From: the human T2T-CHM13v2.0 reference genome, Homo sapiens
Assembly (NCBI RefSeq): GCF_009914755.1
Contig: NC_060932.1
Direction: 5' to 3' (one strand)
Length of the DNA: 64,000 nt
Shown one piece after another: positions 28,131 through 39,670 of this stretch. Position numbers and translations under genes: made by a program. Under the pieces are notes generated by a model that was not told where the DNA came from, did not search any database, and was given only the letters and a program-made list of their open reading frames with translations. Numbering within the stretch: position 1 is the stretch's first letter; every line of letters starts with the position of its first letter.

Positions 28131-29489
28131 CCAAATAACCAAAAAGACAAAGGAAAACAGAATGGCTGAAGAGAGTGCAGATCTCTCGCTTTATCTCAGC
28201 AGTCCATGTGCCTCTGTGTTTACACTCAGCTTTTAATTATTTGCATTAATGAAGGGCAGCCGAGGCATAGATAATCCCAAGTACTTATGTTTGGCTTTGG
28301 AATTAAACTGAATGTGCTCTGTGTAACATTTTGAGAGTGTATTCTCACAAAGTCATGAAATCATGCTATGAAGACCCAGTTCTCTGACACTGGCTTTGGG
28401 GTAAACTTGTAACAATCTCTTAATCTCCCCGGGCATTAAGGATCCTTATTACACCCACAGCCCTCTGTCAGTTAAGAGGCAGACATCATAAACACGGCAC
28501 ATCAGCCTTTGGCAAAATTTAATTTCGCGGTGAGGATTCAGTACAAGACTCTTTAGGAAACCGGGACAATCATTTTGTTTACTTGTTTGCTTTATCAGGC
28601 AGAAATTAGTTGAGGCTATCATCGGGGAACTGAGGCAGTGGGTGTTCGTAGTTCTGATTTATCACTGCCTGGCATATTATATGTAAATGCGGTATACCCA
28701 TTCATATATTATGATGGTTCACTTTTGAATAAATGAATATATCACTCCATGAAGATGTTGAGTCATATTTTGAGTCTTTAAAATAAGTACAGTACTCGTA
28801 GCTTCCCTTCTACTTAGTGATTTATCATTGATGAAACATGGGTTTCTGAAATAGTGCTGAAATAATTTATTTGTTTTCTAGCCTATGCATTTGTTGATTT
28901 GATTAGTAATTTTATCCTCCCTCTGCAGCAATTGGCTGGTAAAACTATTCCTTGTAACTTCAGAAAGTAAAGTATTACTCCTTTCTCTTCCTTATGCCTC
29001 CAGGCTACTATAATTCCAACCTGTCCTACTTCGCTATGGACATATTTTTAAGTGTCAAAATGTTCTGCATATTTACACTGGAGTGTATATCTAGAATGCA
29101 GGAGTTATTTAAGGCCCTTAAAAATGCAGCAGTGATGAGGAGAAAAGAGTGACAAAAAGTGAGAGTGAGGCCCAGCCCACTGGAGAGGCATATCCCATAA
29201 TCCGCTCATTCATATGGAAATTCATTATTTTTCACCCTCCAGGTGCCCATTTTAGTCAGAAATCATTTGTATGGCTATGGAATCACTTCGTCACTGGGCT
29301 TGACTATGCCAAGGTCACAAAGTTAAATTAGTACCACAGTCGAGAGGTAACTCAAGGGCAATTTGTTCCACTTTGCTTGCTCTTCTCTACTGAGCTGGCC
29401 TCCAAGAGTCATTTACTCGAGTTTGTCTCTCCTGTCCCCAAAAGTGGTAGTGACCTGCTTTGTGACATCCCACAAAGAGCCTCCGGCTC

Positions 29490-29645
29490 TAGCAATGGGA
29501 GGGTAGAGTGAACAGAACTGGGTTTAGAACCTCACTCTGGCACTTGCCAGTTCTATATCAGGGTTATTATATTTACCTCATAATTTTTTGTAAGGATTAA
29601 ATGGGATGAGCCATGAGAAATACCTTAGAGCCTTACATACATTAA
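29490..29645 (+). mobile_element. MIR fragment
   Basis: CTGGGTTTAGAACCTCACTCTGGCACTT...TGTAAGGATTAAATGGGAT. Confidence 0.6.
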
Positions 29646-29891
29646 ACTTTATTTTTAAGGAGCTTAATGTGACTGACTATGCCATTAATGTGACATAGCA
29701 CCTCTGCTTTTGCTATCATTGTAACAACAAGGGCTTTATAAGGCAGAGGTGCTCCAGCATGGTCTGTTGCACTGGATGGAGATGGGGGCTGCTTCTTGAT
29801 TGTTGTGTAATCTATTGCGTATATGCTGCTTTCTGGTTGAAGGGTGAGAACAGGTTTGACCATGCACTTGGTTGCATCCTCTCTGGCTTGC

Positions 29892-30244
29892 TGATATTGT
29901 TTGGCTGTGTCCCCACCCAGGTCTCATCTTGAATTTTTATGTGTTGTGGGAGGGACCTAGTGGGAGGTAATTGAATCATGGAGACAGGTCTTTTCCATGC
30001 TGTTCTCCTGATAGTGAATAAGTCTCATGACATCTGATGGTTCTAAAAAGGGGAGTTTCCCTGCACAAGCACTGTCTTTGCCTGAGGCCATCCATGTAAG
30101 ACATGACTTGCTCCTCCTTGCCTTCTGCCATGATTGTGAGGCCTCCCAAGCCATGTGCAATGTAAGTCCATTAAACCTCTTTCTTTTGTATATTGCCCAG
30201 TCTCAGGTATATCTTTATCAGTAGTGTGAAAATGGACTAATATA
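29892..30244 (+). mobile_element. THE1A/B MaLR solo LTR
   Basis: TGATATTGTTTGGCTGTGTCCCCACCC...GGGAGTTTCCCTGCACAAGC...GGACTAATATA. Flanks CTTGC/CTTGG. Confidence 0.92.
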
Positions 30245-30319
30245 CTTGGTGAATGCCTCAGGGGGAGGTCTGCCTGCTTATCTGACCTAGAGCCACTCCC
30301 AAGTTACCAACTTGGTTGG

Positions 30320-30520
30320 GGAGGCAACATGACTTCCTGGATTGAGCACTGGAGCAACAATCATGAGACCTGGGCTTCAGGCCACCAAGTTCCAGCACTA
30401 ACGATGAGTGACCTTGGCAAACTACTTTCCATTTCTTCTTCCCATTAGAGGAAAATAATTGATCTTTTGGTCATACCTTACAAAGATGTTGTGAAGATGA
30501 ATGTAGAATATCTGAAGGAG
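30320..30520 (+). mobile_element. MIR fragment
   Basis: GAGCACTGG...GAGACCTGGG...GTGACCTTGGCAA...GTTGTGAAGATGAA. Confidence 0.6.
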
Positions 30521-32094
30521 CATCAGAGGGAAATGCCAAAGTGTACATAATTAGTTTTACAATCTATAATTAAGTATATGGATAGAGATGAGGTATCCAT
30601 GTGTGAATTATACATTTAAAAACTAGGCTTGCTTTTTTTTTTCCTTTCTAACAGTAGTGAAGAGCCCAATTACACCTGGTGTTATATTAGTAGAGACGAA
30701 GACCCAGAAAACTTCATTGTATAAGAAGTTCTTAATGCATCAGGAGAATATGATACCAAAACTGTTAGTGAAATGATTAAAGGTAGGACAGACAGTACAC
30801 CACTAAAGGCAAAAGGTGATAGGTTGTTCTTGATTCACAAAGAAAAGAAATCAAGTCAAAGGTAGTTAGATATGAAAGATTCAGGGTCTTAACCCAGTTC
30901 TGGATGTGGGCATATTACAGTACAGTAGTAACCAGTCCACTAAATACTAAAACACACTGAGAAACCATCTCTTCAAGCCATCCTCTAAGTCCACATACCT
31001 CAGCCAAAGGAGATGTCTGGGAGACAGAATGTGAGCAGCTGCCAAGCTGCAACTCGAACCCATTCAGCCAGCCCAGCTGGGGACCATCCCTTGGGTCCCT
31101 TCAGGCATCAGGAGACTTCTCCTGCTTTTGTAGCCTTTCCCCACCTTATTCTTCTGTATAGAATCCACTGCAGAATGGCAGGGGTTGATACACATGAAGT
31201 ATTTTTACCACCTTTCTAGTGCTTTTCCAGATACTCAACACAAGCAATTTGAGTAAGCTAGAGCTCCAAAATTTAGAGTCAATAGAGAAACATACATTAT
31301 TCAGTTTTTTGAAAGCAGATTTGAAGCACGTACGCCATCCTTCCAGGCTGATTATCTTCACTTCTTGGGTCAGCACTCATGCCATGACCTGGCCTTTCCT
31401 GCTGTTTTCTCTCTTTCCACCCTTCACAATCGAGAGAAGGTCTCCTTGGGCCATCATGATCATGAGGTTGGTAATGCACTTTTCTGTCTGTGCCACAGGC
31501 CACCTGCTTGTTTCCTCCTGAAACTTCTCTTCTCACAGCTCACAGCTTCTTGACTTCCAAATTGATAGGTCACAGTTTTAACACACTGGGTTCATAAAGC
31601 AAATAAAGAGCATTTTTTAATTTTCTCTAGCTGTTTGAATCTTTCTCATGAGCCTCTACTTCCCTGGGCTGGGGCCAAGAAGGTGGGGGAGATTTAAACT
31701 TAGCAGTCTTCCAGTTTATTTCAGTCCAGATCATCTCTACTGGGTAAGTAGTCTGTCGGTGTAGAGTTTCACTCTAACAGACCTGTTCCTCCCTCCCTCT
31801 CTCTTCCTCCTTCCCCACTTGGTTGCTGGCTATAAGGAAAGCTTCTCATTCTCCTGATGTCATGATGGGGAAGGGTCCCATGTCTCATATAAGGGCTTGG
31901 GCTCGTGTCCCCTGCACTACCTCTTTGGTCCTTGCTGTCCTCTGGCTGGTATCTGCTGAAACCTGGTGGATTCAGCCTTAACTAAGGAGTCTTGCCTGTG
32001 TGCCTGTTAAAGTCCTGCCTGTTGTAGCTCCAGGTGTGTTTGCTTAGCCAGGCCATGTTCCTGGGAGCCCAGCACCTTCTTTGGCTGAATGGAG

Positions 32095-32198
32095 CTCTTG
32101 ACAGTATATTCCACTCACCAAGGTCTCCAGCTCTCACTAGTAAATTTCACCTACCAAGGTCTCCAGGTCTTACTAGTATATTTCACCCACCAAGGTCA
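32095..32198. repeat. 36-bp unit repeated about three times
   Basis: CTCTTGACAGTATATTCCACTCACCAAGGTCTCCAG / CTCTCACTAGTAAATTTCACCTACCAAGGTCTCCAG / GTCTTACTAGTATATTTCACCCACCAAGGTCA. Confidence 0.9.
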
Positions 32199-32749
32199 CT
32201 ATGTGACTCTGAGAGGCTTGTCCATCAGCCCTTAGATTCAAGGTCACTTAGCCCCCACCAAAAGGAGCCCCCTGAAAGCTCCTCAGCTTTTTATAATTGT
32301 CCCTTTTTCAATAGGGAACAGAAATTTCTGATCTCTTCTGTGCTGCACGAGAGCCCAGGCAGGCTGAGGAGCACTAACCCCAGCACCATCAGGCCCAGAC
32401 TGGCTGAGCTGCCTTGGGTACTCACTGAGGTCTCTGCAAAATGCAGCCCTGGCTCTCACCAGACTGTCCAAATGGGAGTGGACAAAACCACCTCAACTCA
32501 GATTTTCTGTCAACATTCTCATCGTGTTCATGGCTCCTCTCTCAGTCAGGGATGAGGGTCACAGTGTCTTTCTAGGCTTCTCTTGAAAGTGCACGTCTCC
32601 TAGAAATCCCAACCACCAATAATCCATCCATGACTGACTCCACAATTCTACTCTTTCTCTTCCCCTTTGTTTAGCAATTCTTGCTTATTACTTTTTTTAC
32701 TAGAATCATCGTATCCCCCTAACCTTCAGATATACATTGATCATTAGAA

Positions 32750-33720
32750 TCTTTTGAATCATTCTTCCAACAAGTAGTTATTGAGGTGAGCTTTATTCTT
32801 TGTAGTGGTAATTTTTAAAGTTAATAAAAGCTTCTACCTTTATAGCACATACAATCTAGTGAGTGACCCAAATTTGTTTTTATTTCCTTTTTTAAAAATT
32901 ACTTAGTAGATTAGTTGGTTGATGTATTTAAGCAAAATTCTTTGGATACCAACTATGTACAAAATACTTTAAAAGACAATATGTGAATGTGTTTGGGAGA
33001 TGATTCAGTGATGAGTAAACACTGTCCCTCTCTTAAAAAGCATATATCTATGACACAAGACATAAATAAGTGCTGTAATGGCTGTACCATTCAACTCCTA
33101 TGAAGATGTAGAAGAAAGAACAATTCATTCTGACTTGAAATATTTCAGAAGAATTTGCAGAGAATACAGAATTTTATATGAACCTTTGAAGTAATGCAAA
33201 AGGCCAAGACAAAGTTGAGTTATATTTTAGACTTGAGAAATAGAATTACAGACATGAATAAGGCAGGAAAGTGCATGGGAAGGCGTAAGAAAGGGTATTG
33301 GGAGCAAGTGCCCTGTGCTGCCCAAAGCAGAGAGTGATTTGATGAGTGGAAGAAGAGATGAAGTTGAAAATGTCAGATATGAAGGCTTTGGATATCATAT
33401 TGAGTTTAGGCTTTCTTTAAACAGTGGTTCTTGAGAAGGAGAGTGGCATGATCTGGCCTGTTATTTAAAATACAGCTTAAGGAATAATGAGTTTGAAGCA
33501 GGAAAGATACTTACTTGTCTCTATTACTCTATTGTAGTAATTCAGGCAGTAATTATGAGAAGCTGAGATACAGAGGTAGGTGTCGAAATGAAAATGAGAG
33601 GTCAGGCATAAGAGACAGCAGTAGGTTCGATTGACAATATAGGATGCGATAGTTTAATAAGCAGCTGAATAAGATGTCCAAGAGTTTTCCACTAGGATGT
33701 TGGGGAGTTAGGTGACACTG
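32750..33720 (-). mobile_element. L2 LINE relics
   Basis: ATACCAACTATGTAC..., ATAAGTGCTGTAATGG and GAGAAGGAGAGTGGCATGATCTG. Confidence 0.6.
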
Positions 33721-34149
33721 GGGCAGGGAGAGATTATGAGACAATCTACTACATCTGAATACCCACTTTGTGTAATATCTTATACTGACAATTCTAGGGT
33801 TGTTCACCCTTTATCTCTGCACACAGGGATAGTGACATCAGAACTCACACTCCCACATCTTAATCTTAAACAGTGCTTTCTATATAACATCATCTCCCTA
33901 CTTCTTTTCTGCTTTTTTCCGATAGGCTCACAAAACAGCCCAAGTGAATGTTGTGGGACAGTAATACAAAAGAATAAAGGATCTGTGAATGAGTCCAGTT
34001 AACCATGTAAAGCAACAGTGCGTGATGCCCAGATGATCCTCCATGAGTATTTGCTGATTGAATAAATTCAAACAATTCCAATGGATCTTAGGAGTTATAT
34101 GGAGCTTCCTGCATAACCCTGAAGAGTATTGCACAGGATGAAAAAAAAT

Positions 34150-35200
34150 TGATCTTGTTGGAGATATATTTTCCTTACTTACATTTTCACTATTTTTCAT
34201 CATATATCTGGGCCCTACCCTGAATACCCTGTTTCCTCTGTTACAATGAGTGAAACATGCATGATCTTTCCCAAGGCCAACACCTCTATTTCCTGGTAGA
34301 TCCCCTTTCTCCTAGCAGAAGCTTTTACCTGTAAGAATTTCACCTCTCACTTCTGAATCCACAGTTTTTCCTCTATACTAGATCACTTTGATTAAGTATC
34401 AAAGTATACCAGATCACTTTGATTAAGATGGAGCTATAAAAGCTCCCATCTTTTAATGAACAAACTTCCCAATCTGCTCCAGTTTGAGGTTCAGCCAGCA
34501 CCCATTTCTCTGTGCCATAACAGGGTTTAGACCCACCATCTGAATTTCCTGTGATTCCATTTTCTCCTGAACCCACCCAAATCAAACCGTCTACCTCCCT
34601 GTCCTCTGAAATTGCCCTTGTCAAGATCTCCTCAACCTCAACTTTGTGGGAAGAGGGTACAATAATCAATTATCTGTCCTCATTCTCATCAGTCTCTTAA
34701 TAACTTTTCATATAGTGGATTCCTCTCTCATTTTTGATACATTTTCCTTACTGAGCTTCTGTGAAGCCCTGGAATCCTGATATTACTGCAACTTCCCAGC
34801 CAGGCACTCTCAGTCTACTGTAATAAACCATTTCCCCTTTTCCTGTATTTTAAGTCATATTTTCTCAACCAGAGCTCCCCAGAACATGAGATTGTAATGC
34901 CGGAAGGATTCCACTCATGTTCTTCTCCCCCCTATGCATCTACAGTGTTTAGATAACATACTTGGGATGGGACAAAGAGTCACTTAGGTCATTTTCTATG
35001 ATTCAGATCAAGAACTCCAGCTGAGAAAGAATGCTCTAAATGTTGATGTCACCTAAAATTCAGTCCTTGGCCCTTTTCTCATCTCTAAATATCCTTATGA
35101 CTTAGATGAGCTTACGCTGACGACATCCAAAACCTCTATTTCCAACCTCAACTCTTCTTTTAATTCTAGAGACTTTTGAAATTTCTACTTGAACTTATTC
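34150..35200 (+). mobile_element. L2 LINE relic (possible hAT MITE inside at about 34860-35030)
   Basis: CTGAAATTGCCCTTGTCAAG, TCAGTCCTTGGCCCTTTTCTC and GCTGACGACATCCAAAACCTCTATTTCC. Confidence 0.65.
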
Positions 35201-35204
35201 TACG

Positions 35205-35372
35205 ATCTTGTGGCTCAAAATGTGTTACTAAAACCAACATTGTGAGCACCTAGGAAGTTACTGGAAATGCAGAATGTCAAGCTCTACCCCAAAACTGAGT
35301 CAGAATCTCCATTTTAACAAGAACTCCAGGAAATTCACATGCACATACACATAATAGGTTTAAGAAACATTA
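35205..35372. mobile_element. MER5A/B MITE
   Basis: CTCAAAATGTG...GAAATGCAGAAT...CTGAGTCAGAATCTCCATTTTAACAAG...TTTAAGAAACA. Confidence 0.75.
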
Positions 35373-35504
35373 AAGTAAAACATCTCAATCTTATTATCTC
35401 CTAAGCAGACTATTTATTCTTGTTTCTCTTTAATGTTCTAAGAGACTCTTGGTCAAATTTCCCTTCTATCAGTCTGAAGCCCTTTCATAGCTTACTGCTT
35501 ATTT

Positions 35505-36858
35505 AGGCCTTATGTAAGACAAGTTGTAACTTTTGAGTAAAAGAGATTTACCATAAAAAAAAAAAGGAGCATACATTTCAGAGCCCCTTACTGTACATGC
35601 CCCTTCCAAGCTGCTGGGAGAGGTCCCACCAATGTGTTCACACTATCACCTGCTTTGCATAATTTGCCAAAATCATTTATGCAAATTAAGACCACTTTCT
35701 CTTATCCTTTCCATTACTGTCACACTTCTGGGTGACAAGATGGCACTGGAGTGAACGTGGGCATTTTGGTGATTGGGCCACAGGGAAATTAAGCTGAGAA
35801 TGTATTCAGTTTTAGTTTAAAGGGGTGTATTTATGAAGTTCATAGATCATTCTTCATATAGCCTTCCCAGTATAGGAATGGCTTCCAAGAATAGTCTGGT
35901 GGCTTCCTGTGCCCTCTCCCCCAGCATCCTGATACAGTGATGCAGGGTCAGGGCTCACTATGATGCAAAGGTGTCTATGTGCCCAGCAATAAGTTTCCAT
36001 GAGTAGGGGAGGAGGATAATGTTGGAAGGATATGGAGCTGGAAGCTAGTCTTTCAAACGTTTAACCATCAAACCACATGATTTTCTACGGAAATTATGTG
36101 ACATGGAATTTATCAGAATTCGGCTGGGCACAATGGTTCACGCCTGTAATCCCACCAGTTTGGGAGGCTGAGGCAGGTGGATCATGAGGTCAGGAGTTCA
36201 AGATTAGCCTGGCCAAGATGGTGAAACCCCGTCTCTACTAAAAATACAAAAAGTAGCTGGGCGTGGTGGTGGGCGCCTGTAATCCCAGCTACTCAGGAGG
36301 CTGAGGCAGAGAATTGCTTGAACCCAGAAGGCAGAGGTTGAAGTGAGCCGAGATCACGCCACTGCACTCCAGGCTGGGCGACAGAGCAAGACTCTCTCTG
36401 TCTCAAAATAATTAATTAATTAATTCATTCATTCATTAGAACTCCTGTGCTTGTATAAGTTCTGTAACCATACACACAGTAAATATATGTGTGTGAGAAG
36501 ACACATTTTATGCATTCCAACTATAAACTTTTTCAAAGTTTGATCAACCATGCCAAAGTAAAAACAGAATTATCTTTATATCCAAATGATATGATTATCA
36601 TTTTATGTTAAGACAATCAAAGTCTACGTAACCAAAAAAAGTATGAAAAAGCATTACAGAGAGATATTGGGCAGTGCATTTATGAAGGAAGATTATGTAT
36701 GCATATTTTGTTATGTTTGTAGTTTTATCAGCTTTAAATATCTGTCATTTTGTGATTTTTTTCTTATACTAAATAATTTCTCATTTTAATTTTTGTATGT
36801 ATAATTATTTATCCCTTACCTTGAAGCCTCAGGTAACGAAGGACCTGGTTCTGTCCTG
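35505..36858 (+). mobile_element. hAT-Tip100 (Zaphod-like) DNA transposon relic interrupted by an Alu
   Basis: Degenerate hAT C-terminal-like text near 36520-36640 (…TCAACCATG…ATCAAAGTCTACGTAACCAAAAAA) and terminus ACCTGGTTCTGTCCTG. Family recalled from memory. Confidence 0.55.
36122..36438 (+). mobile_element. AluS (Sg/Sx3-like) with (TTAA)n/(TTCA)n tail
   Basis: Full dimer with GGATCATGAGGTCAGGAGTTC. Flanks AGAATTC/AGAACTC. Confidence 0.95.
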
Positions 36859-37269
36859 GGTTATTGTTCTAAAGGAAGTCCTAACACTATATTTATGTGC
36901 CTTTCTCAAAAAGATAATTTTTATATTATGGTGCCAAATAGAACTTTAATGCTACCAAGTTCCTACAAGGAATCCTTATCTAAAAATTGTTCCAGCTCCT
37001 TACCAAAGGAAAGGAGGCTTATTCATCAAACCCACTTCAAGTGAGGTGCTAGATTTGATTGAATGTCATCACTGCCAATCCTTTCTTTCCTCTGATGCAC
37101 ATGCCCAATTACAACCTAAATTCCCTCTATCTCCCCAAAAGAGGATCCTGTAGGATATATAAAAAATTTAACTCCTATCAAAGGTCAAGTACTGTGTTGT
37201 TAGTGAGTAAGTAAAGAATAAAGTATTGAGTAGAAAATACAGAGCAGCACACCGCTTTTCATGCCTTGA

Positions 37270-37490
37270 AGTGGCAATTGAACAATGAGAACACTTGGAC
37301 ACAGGAAGGGGAACATCACACACTCGGACCTGTTGTGGGGTGGGGGGAGGGGAGAGGGATAGCATTAGGAGATATACCAAATGTAAATGACGAGTTGATG
37401 GGTGCAGCACACCAACATGGCACATGTATACATATGTAACAAACCTGCACATTGTGCACATGTACCCTAGATCTTAAAGTATAATAAAAA
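37270..37490 (+). mobile_element. L1PA (PA3-5-like) 3' end, 5'-truncated
   Basis: AATTGAACAATGAGAACACTTGGACACAGG, G-rich tract, GGATAGCATTAGGAGATATACC, AAAGTATAATAAAAA. Confidence 0.95.
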
Positions 37491-37580
37491 ATATATATAT
37501 ATTTATATATATATATTCTTTATATATATATTCTTTATATATATATCTGTATATATATATATAAATATATATATATATAA
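37491..37580. repeat. (TA)n interrupted microsatellite derived from the L1 tail
   Basis: ATATATAT runs with TTCTTT interruptions. Confidence 0.9.
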
Positions 37581-37619
37581 AGAAATTCCCACTCATTGCT
37601 TACATTAGCAGAACCAAAA

Positions 37620-38530
37620 ATGAGGACCAACCCACAGATGTGATCGCCACACTTTATGCAGTAACTCAGATTAGGAGTCATTCTTATCCTTCTTTTCTTA
37701 TCTTCACATCCTATGCCCAGTTCATCCTCGATTCAAGACAACTCTACCTTCCAAATGTATCATGAAGCAGACCATTACCACCATTCCTGTCTAAGCCATC
37801 CTCATTACTCATCTGTTGCATTAGCCTCCAGCTTCCATGCTCGCCACCCCGCTGGTGCTTTCCTCACCACATCCACAGTGATCTTTCTAAAAAATAAATC
37901 AGATCAGGCCATCCTATCTAAAAATATCTGGGACTTTCCTTCAAGTTTAGCATGAACCTCAAACTCCATGCATGGCCTTTACCGCCTCACATGATATACC
38001 CTGCCTTTGCACCCCACCTCTCCAACTTGCCTCTTTTACAATCATCCACCCACACTTACTTTCAAGGTGTTCCTCCAGGAAACTCAGATATTCCTGTCTC
38101 AGGGTTTTACCACCAGGAAACAGCTATTCCTGCCTCAGGGTTTTACAGTTGCCATTCCTTCTGCCCCCGCATCTCCTCTGTCTTCCCATTCACATAATCC
38201 AGATTTGGGCTCCAACATTCTCTTCTCCATTAGAAGATGCCCTTGAACACCCTACGTAAATCCAGGCCCCACCTCACACACACATACACACACACACATA
38301 CACACACACACACACACACAGTCACATTGGCATTCTCTGCCTCCTTGGTGTACTTCATTGTTTTTCACAGCACTTGTGTCCATCACAAATTGCATTTCTT
38401 TTTCTCGATGCCCTTCCCATGAAACCATAAACTCCAATAAGGCATGGACTTTGCTTTGCATCCCCAGTGCCTAGAACTGGGCCTAACATCAGTTCTGTAC
38501 TCATTAAATATTTGTTGAGAAATGGAAAGG
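37620..38530 (+). mobile_element. L2 3' portion containing (CA)n at about 38276-38319
   Basis: CCACAGTGATCTTTCTAAAAAATAAATCAGATCA, and 3' end CCCCAGTGCCTAGAAC...TCATTAAATATTTGTTGA. Confidence 0.8.
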
Positions 38531-39174
38531 ATCCTTAAAGGCTTTAAAACCTTTTGGTATTGTCTATGACATACTGATAAAAGGAACAATGGAATTTTTA
38601 GTAGAGAGTAAATTATTTTTTTGAATTTAGAACTTAGATTTTAACTATGAAAGGAAAATTCAAGACCAGTGCTGACGCCTTCTCACTTTCTGCCCAGAGT
38701 TCTTTCCATTACACCATGCATGTTGTCTTCCTAAATGATACGTTTCGTAAGAACATGCTTATTCAAGATTCCACACTGCGCAATCATCTATGATAACACG
38801 TCTAGAATAAAAATTACAAAATTAACACCACATCACCCTGACTATTGACATGCCTAAGCAATTTGCTTAAAAATAAACCTGTGAAAGGTGAAGGAAAGAG
38901 ATATAAGCGTATACTTATTAATTAATCAATTAATTATATATGTATTCCTTAATTTAAAAAATATTTTTAAAATTTTAATCAGTTCATAGTAAATTCATTC
39001 ATTTTTTAAAGAGAATAGTCATTATAACTAATTGTCAAGTTTTCCTTCAATCTGTCTATAAATTCAGGATGGTGCCTCTTGATAGCAGTCATAACAATGA
39101 CAAAGTAAATCAATAGCACTTATTTTTGGATCTCAATAAATGCAACTAATTCTGTATCTAATCCTAGACTAACC

Positions 39175-39583
39175 ATTTTCTGTTCCTTGGTAATCAGAAA
39201 GGTCTACCACTCAGATCTCCCTTCAAGATGTCCCTGGTCATCTATTATCAAGGAGTACTGTAAGCTGATCGTCTCATGCAAGATTTGCCTCATCTTTTAA
39301 GGCAAAGCCTCACTCACTCCAGGGAGTCCCCAGCCAATGACTGAGCATGACTGGGATGTTAACATTAGCCACTTCTGCCCAACACAGAACTCCTCCAGTG
39401 GACAATTCCTGCTTTAGAGTTCCCTGTTCATTTGACCTAAACTTTATGAGATCTGCATTTCCATCTGAAGGCTTTTCGTCCTCAATTCTGCTTCCTTCCT
39501 CTTTTACCTTCACAGGCATTAACTCCTAATAAACCTCCCGCACTCCTAACTTTGCCTCAGCTTCCAAGAGGACCAAAATTACA
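39175..39583 (+). mobile_element. LTR16A-like ERVL LTR
   Basis: CTCAGATCTCCCTTCA, CAGCCAATGACTGAGCA, TTCTGCCCAACACAGAACTCCTC and TAATAAACC. Confidence 0.75.
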
Positions 39584-39588
39584 TCTTC

Positions 39589-39670
39589 ATGGCACATGGT
39601 CTCAGGATCTCTTGAAACTGTGACCCAGGCCATGGTCACTCATATTTGGCTCAGAATAAACCTCTTAAAA
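39589..39670 (+). mobile_element. ~80-bp fragment of a MER4-group ERV1 LTR (R region)
   Basis: GGCACATGGTCTCAGGATCTCTTGA...GGCCATGGTCACTCATATTTGGCTCAGAATAAACCTCTT. Confidence 0.75.

Noticed and set aside
32034-32555. 173-aa ORF with a 12-aa repeat
   Set aside because: It starts at GTG, the repeat simply reflects the 36-bp DNA triplication, and I recognise no homology.
37336-37360. G-quadruplex-like G-run
   Set aside because: This is the known, standard G-rich tract of the L1 3'UTR.
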